The notes beneath the pieces were generated by a model. It saw only the letters and a list, made by a program, of their open reading frames with translations, was not told the origin of the DNA and did no database searches. The position numbers were made by a program, and so were the translations under genes. From Spirochaetia bacterium (GTDB lineage Bacteria > Spirochaetota > Spirochaetia > UBA9216), in NCBI GenBank assembly GCA_963677925.2, contig CAXXYH010000003.1, positions 1,280,001 to 1,344,000 on the forward strand: a DNA stretch of 64,000 nt. Direction: 5' to 3'. Shown here piece after piece: positions 47,911 to 57,250 of the stretch (its first letter is position 1; every line of letters begins with the position of its first letter).

Positions 47911-49208
47911 AAACTCTAAAATTTTTAATATTTACTGCTGTAATTACAGCATCAGCCATAATTCCTGTCTCTGCTGATAATGAAACACTGAGCCTGAAAA
48001 CAATTGCCGGGGTGAGTGAATATGCAGTCAACAGCAACCTGGATATAAAGGAAGCAGGACTGGCTGTTCTGAAAGCCCGGAACAGTCTTAGCGGAATATT
48101 CAAAGTGGAGGAAAGTTCAATTTCACTGAGCACAGGTTTTTCCGAATCTGAATATTCGGAGCTTGAAACAGGAATAAGCGCTGAACTGCCTCTTATAGAT
48201 CAGCTGGGATTCAGTTTCTCGGTGGATGATCAGCTTAACAGCAGCATCAGGGTAAGCATCAATCCCCTGTATCATTCTTCAGAGAGAAAGCTATCCGATC
48301 TCAGTCTCAGAAAAGCTGAACTTGCACTGAACAAGGCAGTAACCGAGACTGTAATTAATGCAGCTGCTGCTTATATGTCCTGGTCGAAGGCTATCGGCGA
48401 CAAAGAAAATGCGGAATCCAGACTCGCGTTAATGAAACAGATCTATGAAGATGAGCGCGTCAGATATAATGAGGGAGAGGCAACCCTTGATGATGTGAGA
48501 GAAGCCCTGCTTGACTGGTCGGAATCAAGAACCTCTATGAATACGGCATCGCAGGCACTTAACACCTCAGAGAATGAACTATATTCGATTCTGAATACCA
48601 CACCGGAGGCTGTAAGTATAGAGCCTGCAGACAGACAGTCTATTGAATCTGAATTAACCAGGATTAAGGAAGTAAGGAAGCTCGGTGATTACTCTGCTGA
48701 TTTCAGCTATGAAGTACTATCCGCGGATATAGACAGACAAACAGCTGAGGCGGAACTGAAGGAAGTCTGGCTGTTCTCACCTGAACTTAGTGCATCCGGG
48801 GGTGCTGACTTCAGTCAGCAGGATGCTGCAACGGTTTCCGCATCTGTCAGTATCGGTCTTTCTTCAGACAGCTGGAATGCAGAGGAACGGAGTGAATTGA
48901 AAAAACAGCTTGAACTTAGCAGTGAATATAAAAATTCAGCGGAAGCTTCTGCACAGCTGTCATTACTGCAGCTCACCGGGACTATAGAGACCGCCGCAAT
49001 CAATACAGAGATATCAGCAATTGAACTGGAACAGGCCGGAGAACTGAAAGCCGAAGCGGAGTTTCTCTTTGAACAGGGAGAATATTCAAATACAGAATTG
49101 GATGACGCCGTGCTTGCAGAAAAAGAAGCTGAGGCTGCCTACTTCGGAGCACTTGCCGATGAACTGGGTTCATGGATGGAGCTTTCGCTATATTCTTTGA
49201 TTGACTAG
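47907..49208 (+). CDS. TolC-like outer membrane efflux protein
   Basis: Signal peptide; AVNSNLDI and RYNEGEATLDDV / FEQGEYSNTEL helical repeats; last gene of the exporter operon. Confidence 0.75.
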   Translation: MKTLKFLIFTAVITASAIIPVSADNETLSLKTIAGVSEYAVNSNLDIKEAGLAVLKARNSLSGIFKVEESSISLSTGFSESEYSELETGISAELPLIDQLGFSFSVDDQLNSSIRVSINPLYHSSERKLSDLSLRKAELALNKAVTETVINAAAAYMSWSKAIGDKENAESRLALMKQIYEDERVRYNEGEATLDDVREALLDWSESRTSMNTASQALNTSENELYSILNTTPEAVSIEPADRQSIESELTRIKEVRKLGDYSADFSYEVLSADIDRQTAEAELKEVWLFSPELSASGGADFSQQDAATVSASVSIGLSSDSWNAEERSELKKQLELSSEYKNSAEASAQLSLLQLTGTIETAAINTEISAIELEQAGELKAEAEFLFEQGEYSNTELDDAVLAEKEAEAAYFGALADELGSWMELSLYSLID

Positions 49209-49229
49209 TGAAAAATATCGAATTATGAT
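49201..49229 (+). promoter_or_regulatory. Sigma70 promoter, probable leaderless start
   Basis: TTGACT-N17-TATGAT, then 6 nt to ATG 49236 with no SD. Confidence 0.7.
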
Positions 49230-49235
49230 ACTTCC

Positions 49236-50069
49236 ATGACAGCAGTTGACAGGGAAGCAGTAAGCATCAAGGTGCTTGAAATTTACAAAGCCGAGACGGA
49301 AAAGCATCTGGCAATGGAAAAAGGATTCAGAGTTTTTGATGAACCTGACGTCCGGTTTGCATCAGCGGATGATCCGCTTATAGAAGACTATAAAAATATA
49401 ATCGGCGGCTTTCACTGGAGCCCTGATGAGGTCCTTAAGCGGGAGAAGGCAGGGACTGTAATATCCTGGTGTCTTCCGGTTTCAGAAGAAGCAAGGCTCT
49501 CAAACCGCAAAGAGAAGCTCTACCCCTCCGTTAAATGGGCATGGACGAGAACCTTCGGCGAATATCTCAACGAGGAGATCAGAAAAAATCTATGTGCATG
49601 GCTGGAAGATCACGGTCATGCTTCGGCGGCTCCGGCGCTTGAGCCCGGTTTCGGTTTTATCGAAGAAACTCCTGTCGGTATAGCCTCACAGTGGTCGGAA
49701 AGACATTACGCCTTTGCAGCCGGACACGGAACTTTCGGTCTGTCCGGAGGGCTGATTACTCGCCGCGGAATTGCCCACAGGCTTGGCAGCGTAGTTACAT
49801 CGGCTGTCTTTGAGGCTGATGAAAGAGAATATGGAAATGACCCATTTGCCTGGTGTCTGCATGAATCAGAAGGAAAGTGCGGAGCATGCATAAAACGCTG
49901 TCCTGTCGGCTCAGTCGGCAGCTCTCCGGCACTGCGAGACAAGGACAAGTGCAACGAGCACGACATGGTGAGAATAAGCGCCCTTTACGGCAGCCGTTTC
50001 GACTGGGAAGGCATCTACGGCTGCGGGCTGTGCCAGACTAAGGTTCCCTGCGAATCACGCAGACCCTGA
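49236..50069 (+). CDS. QueG/reductive dehalogenase-like 2x[4Fe-4S] protein
   Basis: SQWSERHYAFAAGHGTFGL, RLGSVVT, CxxCxxxCP, GCGLCQTKVPC. Confidence 0.75.
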   Translation: MTAVDREAVSIKVLEIYKAETEKHLAMEKGFRVFDEPDVRFASADDPLIEDYKNIIGGFHWSPDEVLKREKAGTVISWCLPVSEEARLSNRKEKLYPSVKWAWTRTFGEYLNEEIRKNLCAWLEDHGHASAAPALEPGFGFIEETPVGIASQWSERHYAFAAGHGTFGLSGGLITRRGIAHRLGSVVTSAVFEADEREYGNDPFAWCLHESEGKCGACIKRCPVGSVGSSPALRDKDKCNEHDMVRISALYGSRFDWEGIYGCGLCQTKVPCESRRP

Positions 50070-50094
50070 CAGACTTATCCGCCGGGGCTTCTAC

Positions 50095-50418
50095 CTAGGG
50101 GGTACGGGTGGGCAGTTTCACTATAAGCAGTGAAAACGGCTCCTTTCGTGTATTTTCCGCACCATGGGGAACATCAACCGGACATCTGATAATCATGTTC
50201 GGCTCTGCGGTGTAGGAATCGTTTCCGATTCTTACCTTACCCTCTCCCGAGAGCACATAGATGAAAGTGTCGTCCGCCTGAGAAACCGGCGGAAGTACTC
50301 CGTTCTCTTCAAGAAGCAGGTGGACTACGGTGCATCCGCTTCTTTCGTACATCTCACGGCCCTGGACTTTGTGGTCTTCAAAAACCAGCGGGGATTCTGC
50401 CAATCTTCTGATATTCAT
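50095..50418 (-). CDS. Cupin domain protein
   Basis: YVLSGEG...PVDVPHG; AGGAGG SD before ATG 50418. Confidence 0.75.
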   Translation of the reverse strand: MNIRRLAESPLVFEDHKVQGREMYERSGCTVVHLLLEENGVLPPVSQADDTFIYVLSGEGKVRIGNDSYTAEPNMIIRCPVDVPHGAENTRKEPFSLLIVKLPTRTP

Positions 50419-50497
50419 AAGCATCCTCCTGTATTAATTATAAGCTTTTAATTCACGTAATCAAATGATTTAAGATATAATACCGGTGGAGATGCAA

Positions 50498-51046
50498 ATG
50501 ACAAAAGACGAACTGATTTTAAAAGCGGAAAAGCTTGGATTCGAAAATGAAAAAGCCTACGGCGGATGCGCCCAATGCACACTTCTTGCTGTACTCGAAA
50601 CGCTGTCGGTAAAGGCTCCTGCAATAGTGAAAGCAGCGACCGGATTTGCGGCCGGAGGCGGAAAAAAGTGCGACGGAATCTGCGGAGGCTACGCCGGTGC
50701 TATATCATTGTTCGGTCTTTTTTTCGGCAGAAGAGAGGAATACATGGACAGCGACCAGGAAGCCAAGAACCTGGTGAATGAGATGACCAGGAACTTCCGT
50801 GAAAAAATAATCGAAAAGTACGGAAGCTTAATCTGCGGCGAAATCCATCAAAACATTTTCGGCCGGAAATATAACCTGCTGACAGCTGATGGTTTTGAAG
50901 CTTTTGAACGTGACGGAGCTCACACTGAAAAATGTACAGGTGTTGTGGGTTTCGCCTCAAAAACAGCAGTTCAAATCATCCTCGATACTGCTGAAACTAT
51001 GGGATGGAGTACCGAAAAACTCCGGAGTGCGGCATCAGATATTTAA
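50498..51046 (+). CDS. C_GCAxxG_C_C family putative redox protein
   Basis: GCAQC, GFAAGGG, CGGYAG, LICGEI, KC; start uncertain (50486, 50492 or 50498). Confidence 0.8.
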   Translation: MTKDELILKAEKLGFENEKAYGGCAQCTLLAVLETLSVKAPAIVKAATGFAAGGGKKCDGICGGYAGAISLFGLFFGRREEYMDSDQEAKNLVNEMTRNFREKIIEKYGSLICGEIHQNIFGRKYNLLTADGFEAFERDGAHTEKCTGVVGFASKTAVQIILDTAETMGWSTEKLRSAASDI

Positions 51047-51171
51047 CCTGATAAAACCTGTATAGACTAAAGACTGAAAATATATTACGTTTTTTACTCA
51101 AGGTTTCCCGCAGGAATTAATCAGTTCTGCGGGATTATTATCTTACAATTCTTTTTAAGGAGACTCTTTTT

Positions 51172-52290
51172 ATGGTAAAGGTTGGATTCATCGGATGGAG
51201 AGGCATGGTCGGCTCAGTCCTGATGGAAAGAATGATTACGGAGAAAGACTTCACCGGATATGAGCCCCTGTTTTTTTCAACATCACAGGTTGGCGCAAAA
51301 GGCCCGGAGATCGGAGTTGAAACTCCAGCGCTCGCTGACGCTTTCGATCTCAAAGAACTCGCAAAAATGGATGTTATTGTAACTTGTCAGGGCGGCACAT
51401 ACACAGAAAAAATCCACCCTGAACTTAGAAAAACCGGATGGGACGGCTACTGGATTGACGCCGCATCCACTCTCCGGATGAAAGATAACAGCATCATTGT
51501 TCTTGATCCTGTCAACAGGAATGTAATCGATAACGGACTTAAGACAGGAATAAAAGACTACATCGGCGGAAACTGTACAGTTTCACTTATGCTCATGGCC
51601 CTCGGCGGACTATTTGAAAATGACCTGGTTGAATGGATCACTTCAATGACCTACCAGGCTGCATCTGGCGCCGGCGCAAAGAATATGAGAGAACTTGTCA
51701 AACAGATGCAAATTCTGGGAAATGCTCCGGGTGCAAGCCTTGATGACAATTCATCACCTATCCTTGAGCTAGACAAGACTGTAACCGAAACACTCAGGGA
51801 AGCTTCCTTCCCCACCGAGAACTTCGGCGCACCTCTTGCTGCAAGCCTGATTCCCTGGATAGACAAGAAGATGGACAACGGCCAGACAAAAGAGGAATGG
51901 AAGGGTGTATCAGAGACCAACAAGATTCTCGGGAAACAGGCTTCTCCGATTCCTATCGACGGACAGTGCGTAAGAATAGGTTCAATGCGGTGTCACAGTC
52001 AGGCTTTTACAATCAAACTGAAAAAGGACCTCCCTGTTTCAGAGATCGAATCAATACTGGCTTCACACAATGACTGGGTAAAAGTGGTTCCTAATGAGAA
52101 GGAAGATACACTACGTGATCTTACTCCTGCAAAGACAACAGGAACTCTCACAGTACCGGTTGGAAGAATCAGAAAAATGAATATCGGACCCGGTTACTAC
52201 ACTGCGTTCAGTGTAGGTGATCAGCTCCTCTGGGGAGCAGCAGAACCAATCAGAAGAATGCTGAAGATTGCACTCGAGCATCTTTCTTAA
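51172..52290 (+). CDS. asd: Aspartate-semialdehyde dehydrogenase (E. coli / gammaproteobacterial type)
   Basis: [56 protein letters not shown]. Confidence 0.97.
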   Translation: MVKVGFIGWRGMVGSVLMERMITEKDFTGYEPLFFSTSQVGAKGPEIGVETPALADAFDLKELAKMDVIVTCQGGTYTEKIHPELRKTGWDGYWIDAASTLRMKDNSIIVLDPVNRNVIDNGLKTGIKDYIGGNCTVSLMLMALGGLFENDLVEWITSMTYQAASGAGAKNMRELVKQMQILGNAPGASLDDNSSPILELDKTVTETLREASFPTENFGAPLAASLIPWIDKKMDNGQTKEEWKGVSETNKILGKQASPIPIDGQCVRIGSMRCHSQAFTIKLKKDLPVSEIESILASHNDWVKVVPNEKEDTLRDLTPAKTTGTLTVPVGRIRKMNIGPGYYTAFSVGDQLLWGAAEPIRRMLKIALEHLS

Positions 52291-52307
52291 TTAATCTTTC
52301 AATATAC

Positions 52308-52345
52308 AGGGCTGAGCTGAATTAATCAGGCTCAGCCCTTTTTTT
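52308..52345 (+). terminator. asd terminator
   Basis: AGGGCTGAGC...GCTCAGCCCT followed by a T-run. Confidence 0.85.
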
Positions 52346-52355
52346 ACACCCTATT

Positions 52356-52405
52356 TAGTTGACTATACAACTATCATTATATAAAATAGTTGCATGGACA
52401 ACTAT
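52356..52405 (+). promoter_or_regulatory. marR promoter with two palindromic operators
   Basis: TAGTTG-N6-CAACTA (52356-52373) and ATAGTTG-N6-CAACTAT (52386-52405); TTGACT-N17-TAAAAT. Confidence 0.82.
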
Positions 52406-52846
52406 AGATCACTTGGGTACATGATGACCAAAGTTCACAGGTATTCAAATATGTATTTTACAGAGGCAATGAAGGATCTTGATCTGCATGGCCCTGGACA
52501 GATTCGAATAGTTATGACTCTGGGCAAACATGATGAAGGTTTAACACAGGAAAAGCTGGCAAAAATATTGATGGTTGATAAGGGCAGCATCTCCAGAATG
52601 ATAAAACCGATGATCTCAAATAAGGTAATCAGAAGAGAAACTGATCCTGATGATCGCAGAGCGTATATTATCAAACTGACCGAAAAGGTTCAGCTGATGA
52701 TGCCGGAAATAAGACTGAGGGCCAGGGAATGGACTTCAGTACTCACTAAGGGACTGAACAGCGATGAAATAGATATGCTGTTTTCACTCCTGGAACGGGT
52801 TGAAACAAATGCTTTACAACACTTGAAGGCGGAGAATAATGAGTAG
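52394..52846 (+). CDS. MarR family regulator
   Basis: LTQEKLA..VDKGSISR, DPDDRRA. Confidence 0.93.
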   Translation: MDNYRSLGYMMTKVHRYSNMYFTEAMKDLDLHGPGQIRIVMTLGKHDEGLTQEKLAKILMVDKGSISRMIKPMISNKVIRRETDPDDRRAYIIKLTEKVQLMMPEIRLRAREWTSVLTKGLNSDEIDMLFSLLERVETNALQHLKAENNE

Positions 52847-54200
52847 AAAAAAACTGAATCTGGCAGCCGACCCGGTAATCCCGACAATTATTAAAATGGC
52901 AGGAGGTATGCTCTTCGGCTTTCTTGCAATGTCGGCTTTCAATACCGCTGACACATATTTCGTAGGACAGCTGGGAACAACAGAACTGGCAGCAATGAGC
53001 TTCACCTTTCCGGTTATAATGGTACTAAATTCGGTATCACTGGGTATGGGGGTAGGTCTGTCCTCAACTGTTTCAAGGGCAATAGGCTCCGGAAACCATG
53101 ACAAGGTAAAAAGGCTCACTACCGACGGAATGATGTTGTCAATTCTTATAGTGCTGCTTCTTGGAATTCTCGGTATTACAACAATTGATCCTGTGTTCAA
53201 GGCTCTGGGCGCAGGTTCTGAAACCCTGCCTCTTATAAAATCGTATATGTTTATATGGTACTTCGGGTTTCCCTTTGTCGTTATTCCTATGGCTGGCAAT
53301 AATGTAATCAGGGCCACAGGCGATACTCTGACACCAAGTATCAACATGATAATTTCGATGGTGGTTAATGTTATTCTGGATCCACTGCTGATCTTCGGTA
53401 TCGGACCTTTTCCTGAAATGGGAATTGCCGGGGCAGCCCTTGCAACAGTATTCGCCAGAATAAGCTCAATGTTTTTTTCCCTGTACATACTGACATTCAG
53501 AGAAAAACTGCTGTCATTCAAAAGAATAGTATGGAAAAAGACTTTTGAAAGCTGGAAGGAAATTGCTTTTGTAGGATTTCCCGCTGCTGTAGTTCAGGCT
53601 ATCAACCCCTTTTCACTGAGTATCATTACAAGGCTGCTTTCAGGTTACGGTAAGGAGGTTGTCGCCGGGTACGGTGCCGCAAGCAAATTTGAAATGATGA
53701 TTTTGATAATCCCGATGGCAATGTCTGCGGTTATGACACCTTTTACGGGACAGAACTGGGGTGCAAAGCAGATTGACAGAATAAAAAAGGGAATAGCCTT
53801 TACCAGCATAGCATCCATAAGCTGGGGTATCCTTATGTTTATTCTGTTTCAGTTTCTGGCCTCCCCTATACTCTCATTATTCAATGAGCATCCGGAGGTT
53901 ATTAACGCCGGAGCATCATATCTGCGTATAATCAGCATAAGCTACGGATTTTTTGCCATGACAAGCATGGCCAGCATGAGCTTCAACGCCCTGAATAAAC
54001 CGCAGTATGCGGCAGTGGTTACAGTAACAAAGGCATTTATACTGAACATCCCTCTTGCCGTTCTGGGAGGAAAGCTGATGGGAGGAACCGGAATATTCGG
54101 AGCAACAATGCTTACCAACATTATAGGCGGAGCCGGGGGAGTGCTGATGGTACTGCATTTTCTGAAAAAACATTCTGAAGCTAAAGCGGAAGCGGTCTGA
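52839..54200 (+). CDS. MATE efflux transporter
   Basis: DTYFVGQLG, IRATGDT, NVILDPLLIFG, GIAGAALAT, GQNWGAK. Confidence 0.93.
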   Translation: MSRKKLNLAADPVIPTIIKMAGGMLFGFLAMSAFNTADTYFVGQLGTTELAAMSFTFPVIMVLNSVSLGMGVGLSSTVSRAIGSGNHDKVKRLTTDGMMLSILIVLLLGILGITTIDPVFKALGAGSETLPLIKSYMFIWYFGFPFVVIPMAGNNVIRATGDTLTPSINMIISMVVNVILDPLLIFGIGPFPEMGIAGAALATVFARISSMFFSLYILTFREKLLSFKRIVWKKTFESWKEIAFVGFPAAVVQAINPFSLSIITRLLSGYGKEVVAGYGAASKFEMMILIIPMAMSAVMTPFTGQNWGAKQIDRIKKGIAFTSIASISWGILMFILFQFLASPILSLFNEHPEVINAGASYLRIISISYGFFAMTSMASMSFNALNKPQYAAVVTVTKAFILNIPLAVLGGKLMGGTGIFGATMLTNIIGGAGGVLMVLHFLKKHSEAKAEAV

Positions 54201-54206
54201 TTATAG

Positions 54207-54238
54207 AGGGGATATCCGGAAAAAACCGAATATCCCCT
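54207..54238. terminator. Hairpin between convergent MATE and ugd genes
   Basis: AGGGGATAT...ATATCCCCT. Confidence 0.6.
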
Positions 54239-54265
54239 GGTTCCAGGAAGAGAAATTATATCAAA

Positions 54266-55630
54266 TTACCTGACGTTCAGTATTTCGGGTTCAGGCACAT
54301 TCCGCCGTCCTGATACTGCACAGGAACCTACAGCCTGGAATTTGAATCCGGCTTTTCGGAAGATTTCTTTATCAAGAAAGTTCCTCGTATCAACCAGTAT
54401 CCTGTCATTCATCAGTGTTCCGGCTGTTTCGGCATCAATATCACTGTACTCATCCCAGGCAGTCAGCAGTATGGCTGAATCCGCTCCGGCAAGAGCCTCT
54501 TCCGCTGTTTCGAAGTATGTAACACGTTTATCCTGCAGCTCTGCTGCAAAGTTAATTGATGCTTCAGGGTCATGCGCCTGAACCGAAGCCCCGGCATTCA
54601 GAAGTTCTGATATCACAGGAAATGCTGATGAATCCCTGACATCATCAGTATCTTCCTTGAAAGCAAGTCCCAGCACTGCAACAGTTTTACCTTTTACTGA
54701 TCCGCCGGCAATACCTGCAAGCATAGATAAAACCCTGCGTTTCTGTCTCTCATTTGATACTGTAATCTCACCGATCAAACTGAGATCCAGATTTACTTTT
54801 GATGCTGTTGAAACCAGTCCCTCAATATCTTTTCCGAAGCAGCTGCCGCCGAAACCGGGACCGGCTTTCAGAAAATCAGGACCGATTCTCTTATCCATCC
54901 CTATTCCGGCAGATACTTCTTCAATATCAGCTGAAACAACTTCAGAAATCTCTGCAAGTTCATTTATTACTGCGATCCTTGCGGCGAGCATCACATTGCT
55001 GCCGTATTTAATAAGCTCAGCCGAGGACTGGCAGCATTTGAGAACTGGCACATCTCTTGAAATGATGGGAAAATATATCTCATTCATTTCCCTGAAAGCG
55101 CGTTCAGAATCTGCTCCGAAGACAATCCTGTCCGGATAAAAGAAATCATGTACAGCCGTCCCCTCCCTCAGAAACTCGGGGCAGAATACAAGGTCGAAAT
55201 CATTTGTATCCGCCTCAAAAAGTATTCTTTCCTTCAGCCGCATTGAAGTGCCGGGCGGAACGGTTGATTTTATGACTATCGTTTTATAATCGGAAATATT
55301 TTCCACAACACTGTCCACAGCTTTATTTATCTGACGCAGGTCAACTCTGCCTTCGGAGCTCCGGGGTGTACCCACGGCAATGAAAACTGAATCAGCTTTT
55401 TCCACTGCGGTAGAACAGTCATTGGTAAAATCAATCCGCCCCTCGGTTAATACTGATTTTACAAGCTTTTTAAGTCCGGGTTCATAAAATGGAACAGTTC
55501 CTTTTTTAAGTCCACGGATTCTGCCGTAATCTACATCTACAGCCGTTACCTGATGCCCAAGTTCCGCCAGCCCTGCTGCAGTTACAAGCCCCACATAGCC
55601 TGTACCGATTACTGTAATCTTTTTTTTCAT
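54266..55630 (-). CDS. ugd: UDP-glucose/GDP-mannose 6-dehydrogenase
   Basis: GTGYVG, KSTVPPG, PEFLREG, GFGGSCF, GLAFKEDTDDVRDS. Confidence 0.93.
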   Translation of the reverse strand: MKKKITVIGTGYVGLVTAAGLAELGHQVTAVDVDYGRIRGLKKGTVPFYEPGLKKLVKSVLTEGRIDFTNDCSTAVEKADSVFIAVGTPRSSEGRVDLRQINKAVDSVVENISDYKTIVIKSTVPPGTSMRLKERILFEADTNDFDLVFCPEFLREGTAVHDFFYPDRIVFGADSERAFREMNEIYFPIISRDVPVLKCCQSSAELIKYGSNVMLAARIAVINELAEISEVVSADIEEVSAGIGMDKRIGPDFLKAGPGFGGSCFGKDIEGLVSTASKVNLDLSLIGEITVSNERQKRRVLSMLAGIAGGSVKGKTVAVLGLAFKEDTDDVRDSSAFPVISELLNAGASVQAHDPEASINFAAELQDKRVTYFETAEEALAGADSAILLTAWDEYSDIDAETAGTLMNDRILVDTRNFLDKEIFRKAGFKFQAVGSCAVSGRRNVPEPEILNVR

Positions 55631-55795
55631 ATCCTTTTCCTCCCTTTTCTCAAAGGTTAGGATTATTTAAGCGGGATCAGGTTAGCTGGCAATTATTCTA
55701 ATATTAAATTTTGTTTAATCGAATTAACATTATTTATTGTAAACTAACTGCCGTTTAACATTTCTGAAACAAGGCAGGAGTAACCTGCAATTGTT

Positions 55796-56827
55796 ATGAA
55801 TGAAACAAAGAAAACAATTGCATTCGGATGTGCCGGCGAAGGAAGAGGTCACGCGGCAAGAACTATTGCTCTGGCTCAGCAGCTTCAGCCTTACTACCGT
55901 ATTACCATTTTCACACCTTACAGTACTGCCGCATTCATTAAAGAACATCTCCCTGATGCAGAAATTGTAGATATTCCGGTTCTTAATTTCGGGATTGAGG
56001 GACATTCAATCAGCTATATAAAAACATTTACAGATAACATCCCGAAAATTGCAGATGTGGGAACAATAATAAAGACCATCAGAAGAAAGCTGAAAGATCT
56101 TTCAATTGCTGCACTCATATCAGATTTTGAACCCTTTACCTCCATTGCAGCATCCGGGCTTAAGATTCCGGTAATGAACCTCAATCATCCAGGAATAGTA
56201 TTAAAATATTTTTCTATAAAACCGGATGCAGTAGCGGCAAAGATAGGAGCCAGACTGATGATGCCGCCTGCCAACCGTGATTTGATATGTTCATTTTACG
56301 GAGGGGATATCGGACCTATCATCAGGGAGGATATCAAAAGCAGAAGGGTTTCTGATCAGGGATATTTTCTGGTTTACACAAAGCAGGCATCACGAAAAAT
56401 TATTACAGACTGCCTGAAAAATTTCACCGGAATCGATTTCAGGATATTCCCTGATCCTGAAAAGGATTTTGCAGAGGCACTTGCCGGATGTACAGGAGTT
56501 ATTGCTCCCGCAGGACACCAGATGCTCTCCGAAGCCCTGTACTTAAGGAAACCAATCCTGGCCTTCCCGCAGAAGATGCAGTTTGAACAGAGGCTGAATG
56601 CAATAATGCTTGAACGCTCAGGATGGGGGCTTGCCGGAGATATAAACAATGCCGAAAAGTGCATCAGCGGATTCCTGTCTTCGATAAATAATTTTCCCTA
56701 CGCGTGCAGCGAACCGGGCATGTTTAACTTCAACGATTCGACCCTTGCTGCTGTTAACCGCATCAGGACCTTCATCGATACACCCAAACCAGTTAAAAAT
56801 AAACAATTCAATCTTGTCTTTTCCTGA
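55796..56827 (+). CDS. GT-B glycosyltransferase (MJ1255/VC2487, GT28-like)
   Basis: GEGRGHAAR, ISDFEP, AGHQMLSEALYLRKP, QFEQRLNA. Confidence 0.82.
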   Translation: MNETKKTIAFGCAGEGRGHAARTIALAQQLQPYYRITIFTPYSTAAFIKEHLPDAEIVDIPVLNFGIEGHSISYIKTFTDNIPKIADVGTIIKTIRRKLKDLSIAALISDFEPFTSIAASGLKIPVMNLNHPGIVLKYFSIKPDAVAAKIGARLMMPPANRDLICSFYGGDIGPIIREDIKSRRVSDQGYFLVYTKQASRKIITDCLKNFTGIDFRIFPDPEKDFAEALAGCTGVIAPAGHQMLSEALYLRKPILAFPQKMQFEQRLNAIMLERSGWGLAGDINNAEKCISGFLSSINNFPYACSEPGMFNFNDSTLAAVNRIRTFIDTPKPVKNKQFNLVFS

Positions 56828-56841
56828 CATCCTGCCTGTCT

Positions 56842-56874
56842 GAGCATCAATCTGACCAATTGATGCTCTTTTTT
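56842..56874 (+). terminator. Intrinsic terminator
   Basis: GAGCATCAAT...ATTGATGCTC followed by T6. Confidence 0.8.
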
Positions 56875-56875
56875 A

Positions 56876-56905
56876 TTGACAATACTGTGCGTTACACATT
56901 ATTAT
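56876..56905 (+). promoter_or_regulatory. padR promoter with a palindromic operator in the spacer
   Basis: TTGACA-N18-TATTAT; ATACTGTG-N5-CACATTAT inverted repeat; ATG follows 6 nt after the -10. Confidence 0.65.
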
Positions 56906-56911
56906 ATAGAT

Positions 56912-57250
56912 ATGAATATTGAAGAAAGCAAAGAACTGTTTAACAAACTTGGACAGGAACTGAGAAGGGGCGTACTTGTAATAGCCGTGCTGTCGCTGCT
57001 TGAGAAACAAAAATACGGGTATGAACTTCTTAAAGAAATGAACGATGCAAATTTCTCAATCACTCAGGATACCCTGTATCCGCTTTTAAGACGCCTTGAG
57101 GAGCAGGGACTTTTGCAAAGCGAATGGATCCTCGAAGGCTCCAGACCACGCAAATACTACAGCACCAGTGAAGATGGAGAGCAGATGTACCTGCAGTTAA
57201 AAAAGTACTGGCTTGAACAGAATTCAACTATGGAGGGTATAATAAGATGA
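56912..57250 (+). CDS. PadR family regulator
   Basis: ELRRG, YGYELL, TLYPLLRRLEEQGL, RPRKYY. Confidence 0.93.
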   Translation: MNIEESKELFNKLGQELRRGVLVIAVLSLLEKQKYGYELLKEMNDANFSITQDTLYPLLRRLEEQGLLQSEWILEGSRPRKYYSTSEDGEQMYLQLKKYWLEQNSTMEGIIR

